Below are positions 33,514 through 40,744 of a DNA stretch of 40,744 nt, one piece after another. The position numbers and the translations under genes are program-made. This DNA is from an uncultured Candidatus Saccharibacteria bacterium (GTDB taxonomy: Bacteria > Patescibacteriota > Minisyncoccia > Minisyncoccales > CAYTKG01): NCBI GenBank assembly GCA_964387175.1, contig CAYLVJ010000003.1, positions 1-40,744 of the forward strand. Direction: 5' to 3'. The notes below the pieces were generated by a model, which was not told the DNA's origin, did not search any database, and worked only from the letters and a program-made list of their open reading frames with translations. Within the stretch, counting starts at the first letter, position 1. Each line of letters opens with the position of its first letter.

Positions 33514-34756
33514 AGATAAAAAATGGGATGTTTGTGTGATTGGGGGAGGGCCGGCAGGAATGATGGCCGCAGGGAGAGCGGGGGAGAGTAAAAAGGTCAT
33601 TTTGCTTGAAAAAAATAAAAAGCTCGGTCAAAAGCTTCTTTTAACGGGAAAAGGAAGGTGCAACATCACCACTGCCGAAATCGATGATCACGAATTCGTT
33701 AAAAAACTGAATGAAAAAGGTGATTTTCTTTACTCCGGACTTTCAGATTTCGGAGTTGAAAAGACAACTAATTTTTTTAAAGAAAAACTTAATCTTCCCC
33801 TTAAAGAAGAAAGAGGCGGAAGAGTTTTTCCTGAAAGCGGAAAAGCAGAAGATGTGCTTAGAGCTTTAAAAAAATATCTTAAAAAAAATAATGTAGAAAT
33901 AAAAAGGAAAGCTGAAGTTAAAGAATTTAAAATTAAGGATAAAAAGGTAATATCTGTAGCTCTTGAAAACTCTGAAGTGAAGGCAGAAAAATTTATAATA
34001 GCCACCGGGGGGAAAAGCTATCCCGAGACAGGTTCTTCTGGAGACGGATTCAAGTGGGCTGAAAAAGCAGGGCATAAGATAACAGATATTTTTCCATCTC
34101 TCGTGCCTTTGAAAACGAAAGAAAAGTGGGTTAAAAAACTACAGGGACTTGATCTTAAAAACGTAAAACTCAAAGTTTACCAAGAAGGTAACGAGAAAGA
34201 AGAAAGGTTCGGAGATATGATTTTTACCCATTTTGGAGTAAGCGGGCCTGCGGTTTTAGACCTGAGCCGCAAGGTGGTTAAGCTTTTAAAATCGGGGGAG
34301 GTGAAGATGAAAATAGATCTTAAGCCCGCCTTGGGAACGGAAAGATTAGACAAAAGGTTAAGGCGCGACTTCAAAAAACACTCCGGCAAAATGATTAAAA
34401 ACGGATTAAAAGATCTCTTGCCATCCAAGTTAATTTCTGTTTTCCTTAAATTGGCAGAAATTCATCCTTCAAGGATAACAGGAAGTATTACCAAAAAAGA
34501 AAAGGGAGAGATCCTTAAAACCTTAAAAGGTATAGAGCTTACAATTGTCGAACCCAGCGGATTCGAACAAGCCGTCGTAACAAAAGGCGGAGTTTCGACC
34601 GATGAGGTTGAGCAACAAACAATGAAGTCCAAATTAATTAAAAATCTTTATTTCGCAGGAGAAGTTTTAAACCTCGACGGTCCTACCGGAGGGTACAATC
34701 TCCAAATTGCGTGGACAACCGGGTTTATAGCCGGGCGATCTACTAGCTTAAATTGA
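33500..34756 (+). CDS. NAD(P)/FAD-dependent oxidoreductase of the HI0933/BaiN family
   Basis: VIGGGPAGMMAA, GKGRCNIT, GGKSYPETGSSGDG and AGEVLNLDGPTGGYNLQ. The ATG at 33500 is preferred to the TTG at 33443. Confidence 0.75.
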   Translation: MQNNKDKKWDVCVIGGGPAGMMAAGRAGESKKVILLEKNKKLGQKLLLTGKGRCNITTAEIDDHEFVKKLNEKGDFLYSGLSDFGVEKTTNFFKEKLNLPLKEERGGRVFPESGKAEDVLRALKKYLKKNNVEIKRKAEVKEFKIKDKKVISVALENSEVKAEKFIIATGGKSYPETGSSGDGFKWAEKAGHKITDIFPSLVPLKTKEKWVKKLQGLDLKNVKLKVYQEGNEKEERFGDMIFTHFGVSGPAVLDLSRKVVKLLKSGEVKMKIDLKPALGTERLDKRLRRDFKKHSGKMIKNGLKDLLPSKLISVFLKLAEIHPSRITGSITKKEKGEILKTLKGIELTIVEPSGFEQAVVTKGGVSTDEVEQQTMKSKLIKNLYFAGEVLNLDGPTGGYNLQIAWTTGFIAGRSTSLN

Positions 34757-34761
34757 AACCT

Positions 34762-35940
34762 ATGAAGAAAAAAATATTCTTTCTGCTTTTAATCTCTTTA
34801 ACCTTCACCGCTTTTTTAGTTTCGGCGGAGGAAGAAATTACAATTAACTTTTTTTACAGCACTACGTGCCCTCACTGCGCAGCGGAGAAAAAATTTCTTG
34901 AAGAAACTTTCAAGAATAACTCAGAAGTTGTTTTAAAAAAACATTTAGTAACCAGTAAAGAAGGGATGGAGCTTTTAAAAAAGCTTTACAGCGAATATGA
35001 CGTCTCGGAAAAAGAAAAAGGACTGGTGCCCGCCACCTTTATCGAAGGTAAGTACTTCGTCGGGTACAGGGGAGATGAGGAAACAGGGGGTGAAATAGAA
35101 GAACATGTTTTAAATTTACTGGAAGGAAAAGAAACCGATTCGAACTCTAATGACGTTTTAAGAGAAATAAAAATACCGGTAATAGGAAAAATGAAGATTG
35201 AAGGTTTGGCTCCCCTTCCTTTATCTATAGTGCTCGGCACCCTTGACGGCTTTAATGCCTGCGCAATGGTCGCTTTGAGTTTTCTTCTTGCTTCTTTAGC
35301 GGCTACGGGAGTACGAAAAAAGATAATTCTTATTGGAGGGGTGTTTATCTTTATCTCGGGCCTTGTTTATTTTCTCTTTATCGCAGCGTGGCTGAATCTT
35401 TTTTTAGTCCTGGAGCAAATGAAAATTATCACTGCCGCGGTAGGAGGTGTAATAATCATCTTTTCTCTTCTGCTTTTAAAAGAATACATAAACGGAGTGG
35501 TTTGTAAGATATGCAACGTAGAAGAAGACAACGGTATTTTTCAAATATTTTCTAAAGCAGAAAAAAAGCTCTTTGAAAAAATGAAAGAGTTGATAAATAA
35601 AGATTTGTCACTGCCTCTTCTTGTTTTAGGAGTTTCAATTATCGCAGCTGGTGTTAACTTGGTTGAGCTGGCCTGTTCTTTGGGATTTCCGCTTGCCTTT
35701 ACTCGGATTCTAACAACAATGAATCTTCCTGGCCTCTCTTACTACTTCTACATCTTCTTATACGTTCTTTTCTACATGATAGATGATTTCATCATTTTCC
35801 TCATAGTTGTTTTCACCCTAAAAATTACAAAGATATCAGATAAATATTTGCAAATCGTAAAGCTTATAGCATCCCTCGTTTTACTCGTGTTAGGAATAAT
35901 CTTTATCTTGCAGCCTTCTCTTTTAACCTCCCTGTCCTAA
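34762..35940 (+). CDS. Thioredoxin-fold (CPHC) domain fused to a DsbD/CcdA-like polytopic membrane domain
   Basis: Signal/TM segment, then FFYSTTCPHCAAEKKFL (a Trx/Grx-like CxxC). About six hydrophobic helices follow, with LDGFNACAM and a loop CKIC. Confidence 0.55.
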   Translation: MKKKIFFLLLISLTFTAFLVSAEEEITINFFYSTTCPHCAAEKKFLEETFKNNSEVVLKKHLVTSKEGMELLKKLYSEYDVSEKEKGLVPATFIEGKYFVGYRGDEETGGEIEEHVLNLLEGKETDSNSNDVLREIKIPVIGKMKIEGLAPLPLSIVLGTLDGFNACAMVALSFLLASLAATGVRKKIILIGGVFIFISGLVYFLFIAAWLNLFLVLEQMKIITAAVGGVIIIFSLLLLKEYINGVVCKICNVEEDNGIFQIFSKAEKKLFEKMKELINKDLSLPLLVLGVSIIAAGVNLVELACSLGFPLAFTRILTTMNLPGLSYYFYIFLYVLFYMIDDFIIFLIVVFTLKITKISDKYLQIVKLIASLVLLVLGIIFILQPSLLTSLS

Positions 35941-36876
35941 CTTCTCTTGGACAGAGTTTTCCAGGCGCCGCAGAGCAATATGAAGATCAGTAAATATTTT
36001 ATTGGCACTGGTAACAATATTTAGGCTGCTTTGGGTTTGTTGGAAGTAGCCAATAACTAAAACCAAATCACCCACCTCAGCTTGACCGTGAAAAATTTTG
36101 TAAACGATGAGAGCCACCGCAAACCCCTGGGTCAAATCAGAAAGAACCTGAACCGCTGTCCACCGCCAGTAGTGAATATTCAATGCTTCTGAGGCTTCCT
36201 TGTAAAAAGCTTCGCCTTGTTTTTCAAGAGTGTTTTTAAGTTTTTCTCCATCTTCTCGCTCTCTCCATACATCCGGGATCTTTCGATAAGCGGTTCCCCA
36301 GAAAGCTTCCGAAACTTCAAAGGAGTCGCGCGCTTCATCAGAGTAAAAACCGGCGGCGAAATAATCCACTAAAAGATAGATAAAGGTATATACAAGGAAA
36401 AGGATAAAATAGTCAATATTTGTTTTAAAAAGAACAAGGGGTACAACAATGAAGTTGACCGGAAGTTGAAGTAAGTTGTCTTTGTAATAAATTAAAAGCC
36501 CGTTTAAAACTTCCGTTATCCTTTTAATCGCCTGCACCGCTTCACCTGTTCTTGAGTCTTCCTTCACCTCGCTCCGGCTGGTGAAAAAAAGAGTGAAGTC
36601 AATAGTCATATCAAGGCTTAAATTCTCAAGGCCGGATTTAGAACGCAGCCTTATCATATCTTCGGTCACCTTGTTTATAATCATCCCCGCAATCCAAGGC
36701 AGCGCTCCTTCCCAGTTAGATGGATCCTGGGTTAAAACATTAACTACGCGGGAAAGGGCAAAAGGCCAAAAAAGAGTTTGAGCGAAAGCTACAAGTCTCC
36801 AAAAAGAATACCAAATTATCTTTATTTTCTTTTGCTTCCAAAAATTATTAAAAAATTCCTTAAGTAAGGGTTTCAT
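35923..36876 (-). CDS. ABC exporter type-1 transmembrane domain protein with no nucleotide-binding domain
   Basis: 317 aa from MKPLLKEFF (ATG at 36876). It has about six TM segments and cytoplasmic-loop blocks resembling ABC_membrane (SRTGEAVQAIKRITEVLNGLL). It ends at the TMD-NBD linker. The track ORF extends to 37071 into the patatin gene. Confidence 0.5.
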   Translation of the reverse strand: MKPLLKEFFNNFWKQKKIKIIWYSFWRLVAFAQTLFWPFALSRVVNVLTQDPSNWEGALPWIAGMIINKVTEDMIRLRSKSGLENLSLDMTIDFTLFFTSRSEVKEDSRTGEAVQAIKRITEVLNGLLIYYKDNLLQLPVNFIVVPLVLFKTNIDYFILFLVYTFIYLLVDYFAAGFYSDEARDSFEVSEAFWGTAYRKIPDVWREREDGEKLKNTLEKQGEAFYKEASEALNIHYWRWTAVQVLSDLTQGFAVALIVYKIFHGQAEVGDLVLVIGYFQQTQSSLNIVTSANKIFTDLHIALRRLENSVQEKLGQGG

Positions 36877-36937
36877 AACTTGTTTTATTATCTTAATTGG
36901 TCCATAATAACATAAGATTGTTTTAAATCTTTGTTTT

Positions 36938-37711
36938 ATGAAAAGAAAAAAGGTAGGGCTTGTTCTGGGATCGGGTGGAGCTCGAGGGTTCGCCCACCTG
37001 GGAGTTATTAAAGCCTTGGAAGAAAATGAAATTCCCATTGACCTTATCGTCGGAACAAGCGCCGGCGCCATAGTGGGAGGAGTTTACTCATATCTTAAAA
37101 ACTACCCCAAAACAGAGGAAGAGTTTTTTAAATTCAAGTGGAGACAGGTTTTAAGAAGGTTTGTTATGAGACAAAGAATAGACGAGATATATCACTCCGT
37201 TTTAGGAAAGATAACTTTCAAGGAGCTTAAAATACCCTTCAAAGCAGTAGCTTTCGATTTTGAAAAATTAGAACCAGTTGTTTTAGAAGAAGGAGATGTG
37301 GGAAGCGCTATGGAGGCAAGCGGCTGTCTTCCTCATCTTTGGCAGAAGATAAAATGGGAAGAAAGAAACCTTTATGATGGAGGGTTGGCTGTTCCCTTGC
37401 CGACAAAAGAAGCTAGAAAAATGGGGGTTGACGTATTGGTAGCCGTCAGCCTCAACAGTAAAAAAGTAATCAACAAAAATTACAAAACACGTATCGGTCC
37501 CCTCGGAATAAAGTTTTACCTTGAAACTCTTCAGCATTACCTTATCAAAGAACAATCAAAAGAGGCTGACTTTTTAATAGAGCCTGAAATTAAAAAGCTT
37601 TCTTTTTGGGACTGGCGCTCTCCTCGAAAAATAATTGAAAGAAGAATACAAAACGCCGAAAAAGCAACTTTGCCTTTTGTTAAAAAAATTAAAGATAAAA
37701 TTAAAAAATGA
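36938..37711 (+). CDS. Patatin-like phospholipase (RssA/YlbK-like), copy 1
   Basis: GSGGARG oxyanion motif, GTSAG nucleophile elbow, and YDGG catalytic Asp. Confidence 0.85.
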   Translation: MKRKKVGLVLGSGGARGFAHLGVIKALEENEIPIDLIVGTSAGAIVGGVYSYLKNYPKTEEEFFKFKWRQVLRRFVMRQRIDEIYHSVLGKITFKELKIPFKAVAFDFEKLEPVVLEEGDVGSAMEASGCLPHLWQKIKWEERNLYDGGLAVPLPTKEARKMGVDVLVAVSLNSKKVINKNYKTRIGPLGIKFYLETLQHYLIKEQSKEADFLIEPEIKKLSFWDWRSPRKIIERRIQNAEKATLPFVKKIKDKIKK

Positions 37712-38499
37712 GTAAAAAAGTAGGTCTGGCCTTGGGCTCCGGGGGAATAAGAGGGTTCGCTCACATCGGCGTCTTAAAAGTGCTGGAAAAAAATGAGATC
37801 CCCATTGATTTTATTACCGGGTCAAGTGCGGGGGCGGTAGCAGGCGCTGCTTACGCTTTTTATCAAGACGCTCAAAAAGTAGAGGATCTTTTTCTCTCCT
37901 TAAAGTGGCGTGAAACACTTTCGCTACTTGATTTTTCTTTGCAGGGTGGACTCATAAAAGGAGAAAAAATTAAAAACTTCATTAGAGAGCTTACCGAGGA
38001 TTCCGATTTTTCTGATCTTAAGATTCCCTTTTCCGCTGTAGCCACCAAAATAGAAACGGGAAAATCTTACGTTTTTCAAAAAGGGGACTTGGAAAAAGCA
38101 CTGCTGGCAAGTTGTGCCTTCCCTTTTGTCTTCAAGCCGGTGAAAGACAAGGGGAGATTGTTGATGGACGGGGGTCTTTCCAACCCCGTTCCGGCAGACG
38201 TAGCAAAAAAGATGGGGGCGGAAATAGTAATCGGAGTCAACCTTGATAATGCTTCTTACCTTGCCGCCTACAAAAACAAAACTGGTTCTTTAAAATTTTT
38301 CGCTGAAATTATTAAGAAAAATTTAATTGAAAAAATCTTAGAAAATCATGCGGAAGTTGTAATCAACCCCCAGTTTAAAAGCAAAACCACGCTGAAAGAA
38401 ATTAAAGACATTTTTGATCAGAAAGCTAAAGAGTTGATAAAAGCAGGAGAAAAGGAAACTTTATCGAAAATAGATAAGATCAAAAAGTTTGTGATATAA
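37708..38499 (+). CDS. Patatin-like phospholipase (RssA/YlbK-like), copy 2
   Basis: GSGGIRG, GSSAG and MDGG motifs. It overlaps copy 1 in an ATGA junction. Confidence 0.85.
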   Translation: MSKKVGLALGSGGIRGFAHIGVLKVLEKNEIPIDFITGSSAGAVAGAAYAFYQDAQKVEDLFLSLKWRETLSLLDFSLQGGLIKGEKIKNFIRELTEDSDFSDLKIPFSAVATKIETGKSYVFQKGDLEKALLASCAFPFVFKPVKDKGRLLMDGGLSNPVPADVAKKMGAEIVIGVNLDNASYLAAYKNKTGSLKFFAEIIKKNLIEKILENHAEVVINPQFKSKTTLKEIKDIFDQKAKELIKAGEKETLSKIDKIKKFVI

Positions 38500-38500
38500 T
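38492..38500 (+). promoter_or_regulatory. Extended -10 promoter (TGaTATAAT) positioned for a leaderless transcript of the DUF167 gene
   Basis: TGATATAAT at 38492-38500, overlapping the patatin stop codon, then 7 nt, then ATG at 38508. Confidence 0.5.
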
Positions 38501-38507
38501 AAAAACG

Positions 38508-38720
38508 ATGATCGTTAAGATAAAAGTACATCCGAACTCCGAAGAAGAAAAAATTGAAAAAAAAGAAAAAGACAGTTTTGAAGTTTGGCTCAAGGAAAAA
38601 GCAAAAGAGGGGAGAGCCAACAAATGTCTTTTCAGTCTTCTTCAAGAAAAATTTCCCGGAAAAAGAATAATTTTGCTTAAGGGAGGGAAAAAACCAAATA
38701 AAATAATTAAAATTACATGA
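38508..38720 (+). CDS. DUF167 (YggU/UPF0235) family protein
   Basis: 70 aa. The KVHPNS...FEVWLKEKAKEGRANK...LLKGGKKPNKIIKI layout matches the YggU family. Confidence 0.6.
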   Translation: MIVKIKVHPNSEEEKIEKKEKDSFEVWLKEKAKEGRANKCLFSLLQEKFPGKRIILLKGGKKPNKIIKIT

Positions 38721-39478
38721 GTTACAATCCTGAAAAATATATCTACACCCCAGGGCAAAAAGAACCTTTCGAGGTAAGCCGGTACCGGATAGACATGTTT
38801 AAGGAATGTCCCAGATGTTTTTATCTTTACGCTCGAAAAAGAGTAAAAAGACCCTCTTGGCCGGCTTTTACCCTAAACAGTGCAGTTGATATTTTACTTA
38901 AAAAAGAGTTTGATGTTCACCGGGCAGAAAAAGAGTCACATCCTTTGATGAAAAGCTACGGTATTAACGCCGTTCCTTTTCAACATCCCAAAATGAGTGA
39001 CTGGAGAGACAACTTCGAAGGAGTAAGGGTTCTACACGAACCAACGAATTTAATTGTTTACGGGGCTGTTGATGATATCTGGGTAACTCCGAACAAAGTT
39101 CTAACCGTTGTTGATTACAAATCAACAAGTACCTATAAAAAAGTAACTTTGGATGGAAAATACAAAGAAAGCTACAAGCGCCAAATGGAAGTTTATCAGT
39201 GGCTTTTGAGAGGACAGGAGGGGTTGAAAGAAAAAGGCTACTCGGTGTCTGATAAGGGATTTTTCGTTTATGCAAACGGGAGGAAAGATAAAAAAGCTTT
39301 TGACGGCAAATTGGAGTTTGACGTACAAATCCTTCCTTACGTAGGTGATGATTCCTGGGTGGAAAAAAAGATCTTTGAAATCAATGAATGTCTCAACAAG
39401 GAAGAGGTTCCGCCGGCTGATCCGGAGTGTGAATACTGCAACTACCGGGAGGAGGCAAAAAAGGAACTGGAAGGTTGA
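38717..39478 (+). CDS. Stand-alone PD-(D/E)XK (Cas4/RecB-like) nuclease with CxxC...CxxC
   Basis: FKECPRCFY, GAVDDIWV, VVDYKST, RQMEVYQWLL and PECEYCNY. Confidence 0.65.
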   Translation: MSYNPEKYIYTPGQKEPFEVSRYRIDMFKECPRCFYLYARKRVKRPSWPAFTLNSAVDILLKKEFDVHRAEKESHPLMKSYGINAVPFQHPKMSDWRDNFEGVRVLHEPTNLIVYGAVDDIWVTPNKVLTVVDYKSTSTYKKVTLDGKYKESYKRQMEVYQWLLRGQEGLKEKGYSVSDKGFFVYANGRKDKKAFDGKLEFDVQILPYVGDDSWVEKKIFEINECLNKEEVPPADPECEYCNYREEAKKELEG

Positions 39479-40089
39479 TAAAGATAAAGAACAATTTAAA
39501 AGTTTTTAGGCCGAGAATTGAAACGAAGTTCTGGATCAAAAAGTCAGTTCCTTTCATTAAAAAATCATTCAAGGGAAAGGTTAAAGTTTTGGACATTTTC
39601 ACAGGTACCGGGTTTTTGGGGCTTGTCGTTTTAAAAGAAATTCCCCACTCGCATGTAACTTTCGTTGATATTTCAAAAAAAGCGATTCTTCAAACAAAAG
39701 AAAACTTGAAAGCCAACAACTTCTCTTCAAAAAGATGGAAGGTCATAAAAAGTGATTTGTTTAAAGAAATAAAAGGAAAATGGCATGTTGTCCTGGCCAA
39801 CCCCCCTTACGTAGCCGCCGAAAGAAAAAAAGAAGTTGATCCTGAAACCTTAAAAAACGATCCCAAGAAAGCTCTTTTTGCAGGACCAAAGGGGTTAAAG
39901 ATAATCAAAAAATTTCTTAAACAAGCCCCAAAGTACTTGGAAAAGGGGGGAGTGGTTTTGATGGAGTTCGATCCAAACCAAAAGAAAGAGATCAAAAAGC
40001 TTGCCGAAGAAAACTTTAAAATTCATTTTAAAAAAGATCAGTTTCAAAAAACAAGATACGTTTTGTTAAAAAATGCAAAAAGAAATTAA
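39475..40089 (+). CDS. HemK/PrmC-type N5-glutamine (NPPY) methyltransferase, catalytic domain only
   Basis: FRPRIETKF, VLDIFTGTGFLG (SAM motif I) and ANPPY. 204 aa. The TTG start overlaps the upstream TGA. Confidence 0.65.
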   Translation: MIKIKNNLKVFRPRIETKFWIKKSVPFIKKSFKGKVKVLDIFTGTGFLGLVVLKEIPHSHVTFVDISKKAILQTKENLKANNFSSKRWKVIKSDLFKEIKGKWHVVLANPPYVAAERKKEVDPETLKNDPKKALFAGPKGLKIIKKFLKQAPKYLEKGGVVLMEFDPNQKKEIKKLAEENFKIHFKKDQFQKTRYVLLKNAKRN

Positions 40090-40684
40090 AAAAGAGATAG
40101 CTCGTTTCGGATCGCTCTTTGTCCTGATTTTTATAGCTTCTTTCGTTGGAACAACCGTTTCCAGCTCTTTAAAAAAACTTGAAAGGGAATCAAGTGATTT
40201 TAAATTTGTTTCAATCTCAAAAAGAGAAAGGAATGAACTATGTCAAGAGATATCAAAGGAAAACTCGATTGAAATTCCCAAAATTAATATCGAAGCTCCT
40301 TTGGTTTTCCCGGAAGAAGAAGACAGCGACCTGGTGGATGACTTGGACAAGGGGGTTACTCATTATCCTGAAACGGTGCTGCCGGGAGAAAAGGGTTTGG
40401 GTATTTTTCTGGGTCATAGTGCTCCTTCGGGATATCCGAAGATAAAATATGACTGGGTTTTTAGCGACCTCAACAACTTGGAAAAAGGTGATGAGGTTTT
40501 TATTAACTTTGAAAAATGCAGGTATGCTTACCGAGCAACAGATAAAATATTTTTAGAAAAAGGTGAAGAGATACCAAATCATTTGACAGAGTCAAATAAT
40601 TCTGTTATAATCTTAATAAGTTGCTGGCCACCAGGGAGAAATGTTAGAAGAATTGGTGTTGTTTTAGAACTTGATACGGGTTAG
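40073..40684 (+). CDS. Sortase-family transpeptidase
   Basis: N-terminal TM helix, FLGHS (catalytic His), ILISCWPPG (catalytic Cys) and RRIGV (Arg). Confidence 0.7.
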   Translation: MQKEIKKEIARFGSLFVLIFIASFVGTTVSSSLKKLERESSDFKFVSISKRERNELCQEISKENSIEIPKINIEAPLVFPEEEDSDLVDDLDKGVTHYPETVLPGEKGLGIFLGHSAPSGYPKIKYDWVFSDLNNLEKGDEVFINFEKCRYAYRATDKIFLEKGEEIPNHLTESNNSVIILISCWPPGRNVRRIGVVLELDTG

Positions 40685-40744
40685 TTTACGCTTTCTAAAA
40701 AGAGAATAGTTTTTCTTTTTCTAGAGAGCGCAAACGCGCTCTCT

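Noticed and set aside
36938-39478. Patatin plus nuclease genes as a CBASS-like or other anti-phage defence island.
   Set aside because: No cyclase, sensor ATPase, TIR/SIR2, methylase or other signature defence component is adjacent. The patatins look like housekeeping RssA/YlbK-type enzymes, and the nuclease has its own promoter.
1-40744. Alternative genetic code (UGA recoded), as in some candidate phyla.
   Set aside because: TGA terminates several well-delimited genes at the expected protein ends. Examples are uvrB at 17090-17092, PspC at 30722-24, patatin 1 at 37709-37711 and the flavoprotein at 34754-34756. No conserved protein needs read-through.
40723-40744. Perfect palindrome AGAGAGCGC-AAAC-GCGCTCTCT at the window edge after the sortase gene.
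   Set aside because: It is probably a terminator stem. It is cut by the end of the window, so any T-tract or larger structure cannot be assessed.

Overview
This is a visibly AT-rich, very gene-dense 40.7-kb chromosomal segment. I call about 41 protein genes, all but three on the + strand. Many neighbours overlap by 1-30 nt or are separated by fewer than 15 nt. Most content is housekeeping: cold-shock protein, TatD, thioredoxin reductase, glutamate dehydrogenase, UppP, ValRS, a contiguous uvrB-uvrA-uvrC block, ThrRS and RlmN. There is also a DNA-end-processing block (SbcD-like phosphoesterase, SbcC/Rad50-like ATPase, PspC-domain protein, UvrD-type helicase fused to a Cas4/AddB-type nuclease). 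The remainder includes a flavoprotein, a thioredoxin-fold membrane protein, an ABC membrane domain without an ATPase, two patatins, DUF167, a stand-alone PD-(D/E)XK nuclease, a HemK-type methyltransferase and a sortase. Lys/Glu-rich proteins, trimmed domain architectures, many membrane-anchored hypotheticals and scarce Shine-Dalgarno sites suggest a reduced-genome bacterium of the Patescibacteria/CPR type; this is inference only. TGA is used as a stop, so the standard bacterial code applies. I saw no rRNA, tRNA, CRISPR array, transposase or integrase. Five observations stand out. (1) Four dispersed paralogues of a ~200-aa V4R/DUF2378-like Cys/His-motif protein, two of them in one small operon with a membrane protein. 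(2) A promoter, short leader and intrinsic terminator with duplicated arms immediately 5' of thrS, which looks like an attenuator; a run of four Thr codons sits one base out of frame with the leader ATG. (3) A recurrent TATAAT-N7-ATG geometry implying leaderless mRNAs, including two 19/20-identical 20-mers. (4) A Rad50/SbcC-like ATPase whose coiled-coil apex is replaced by a two-helix transmembrane hairpin. (5) A bacterial eRF1/Pelota-like protein. All functional calls rest on motif recognition in the supplied translations; no database search was possible.
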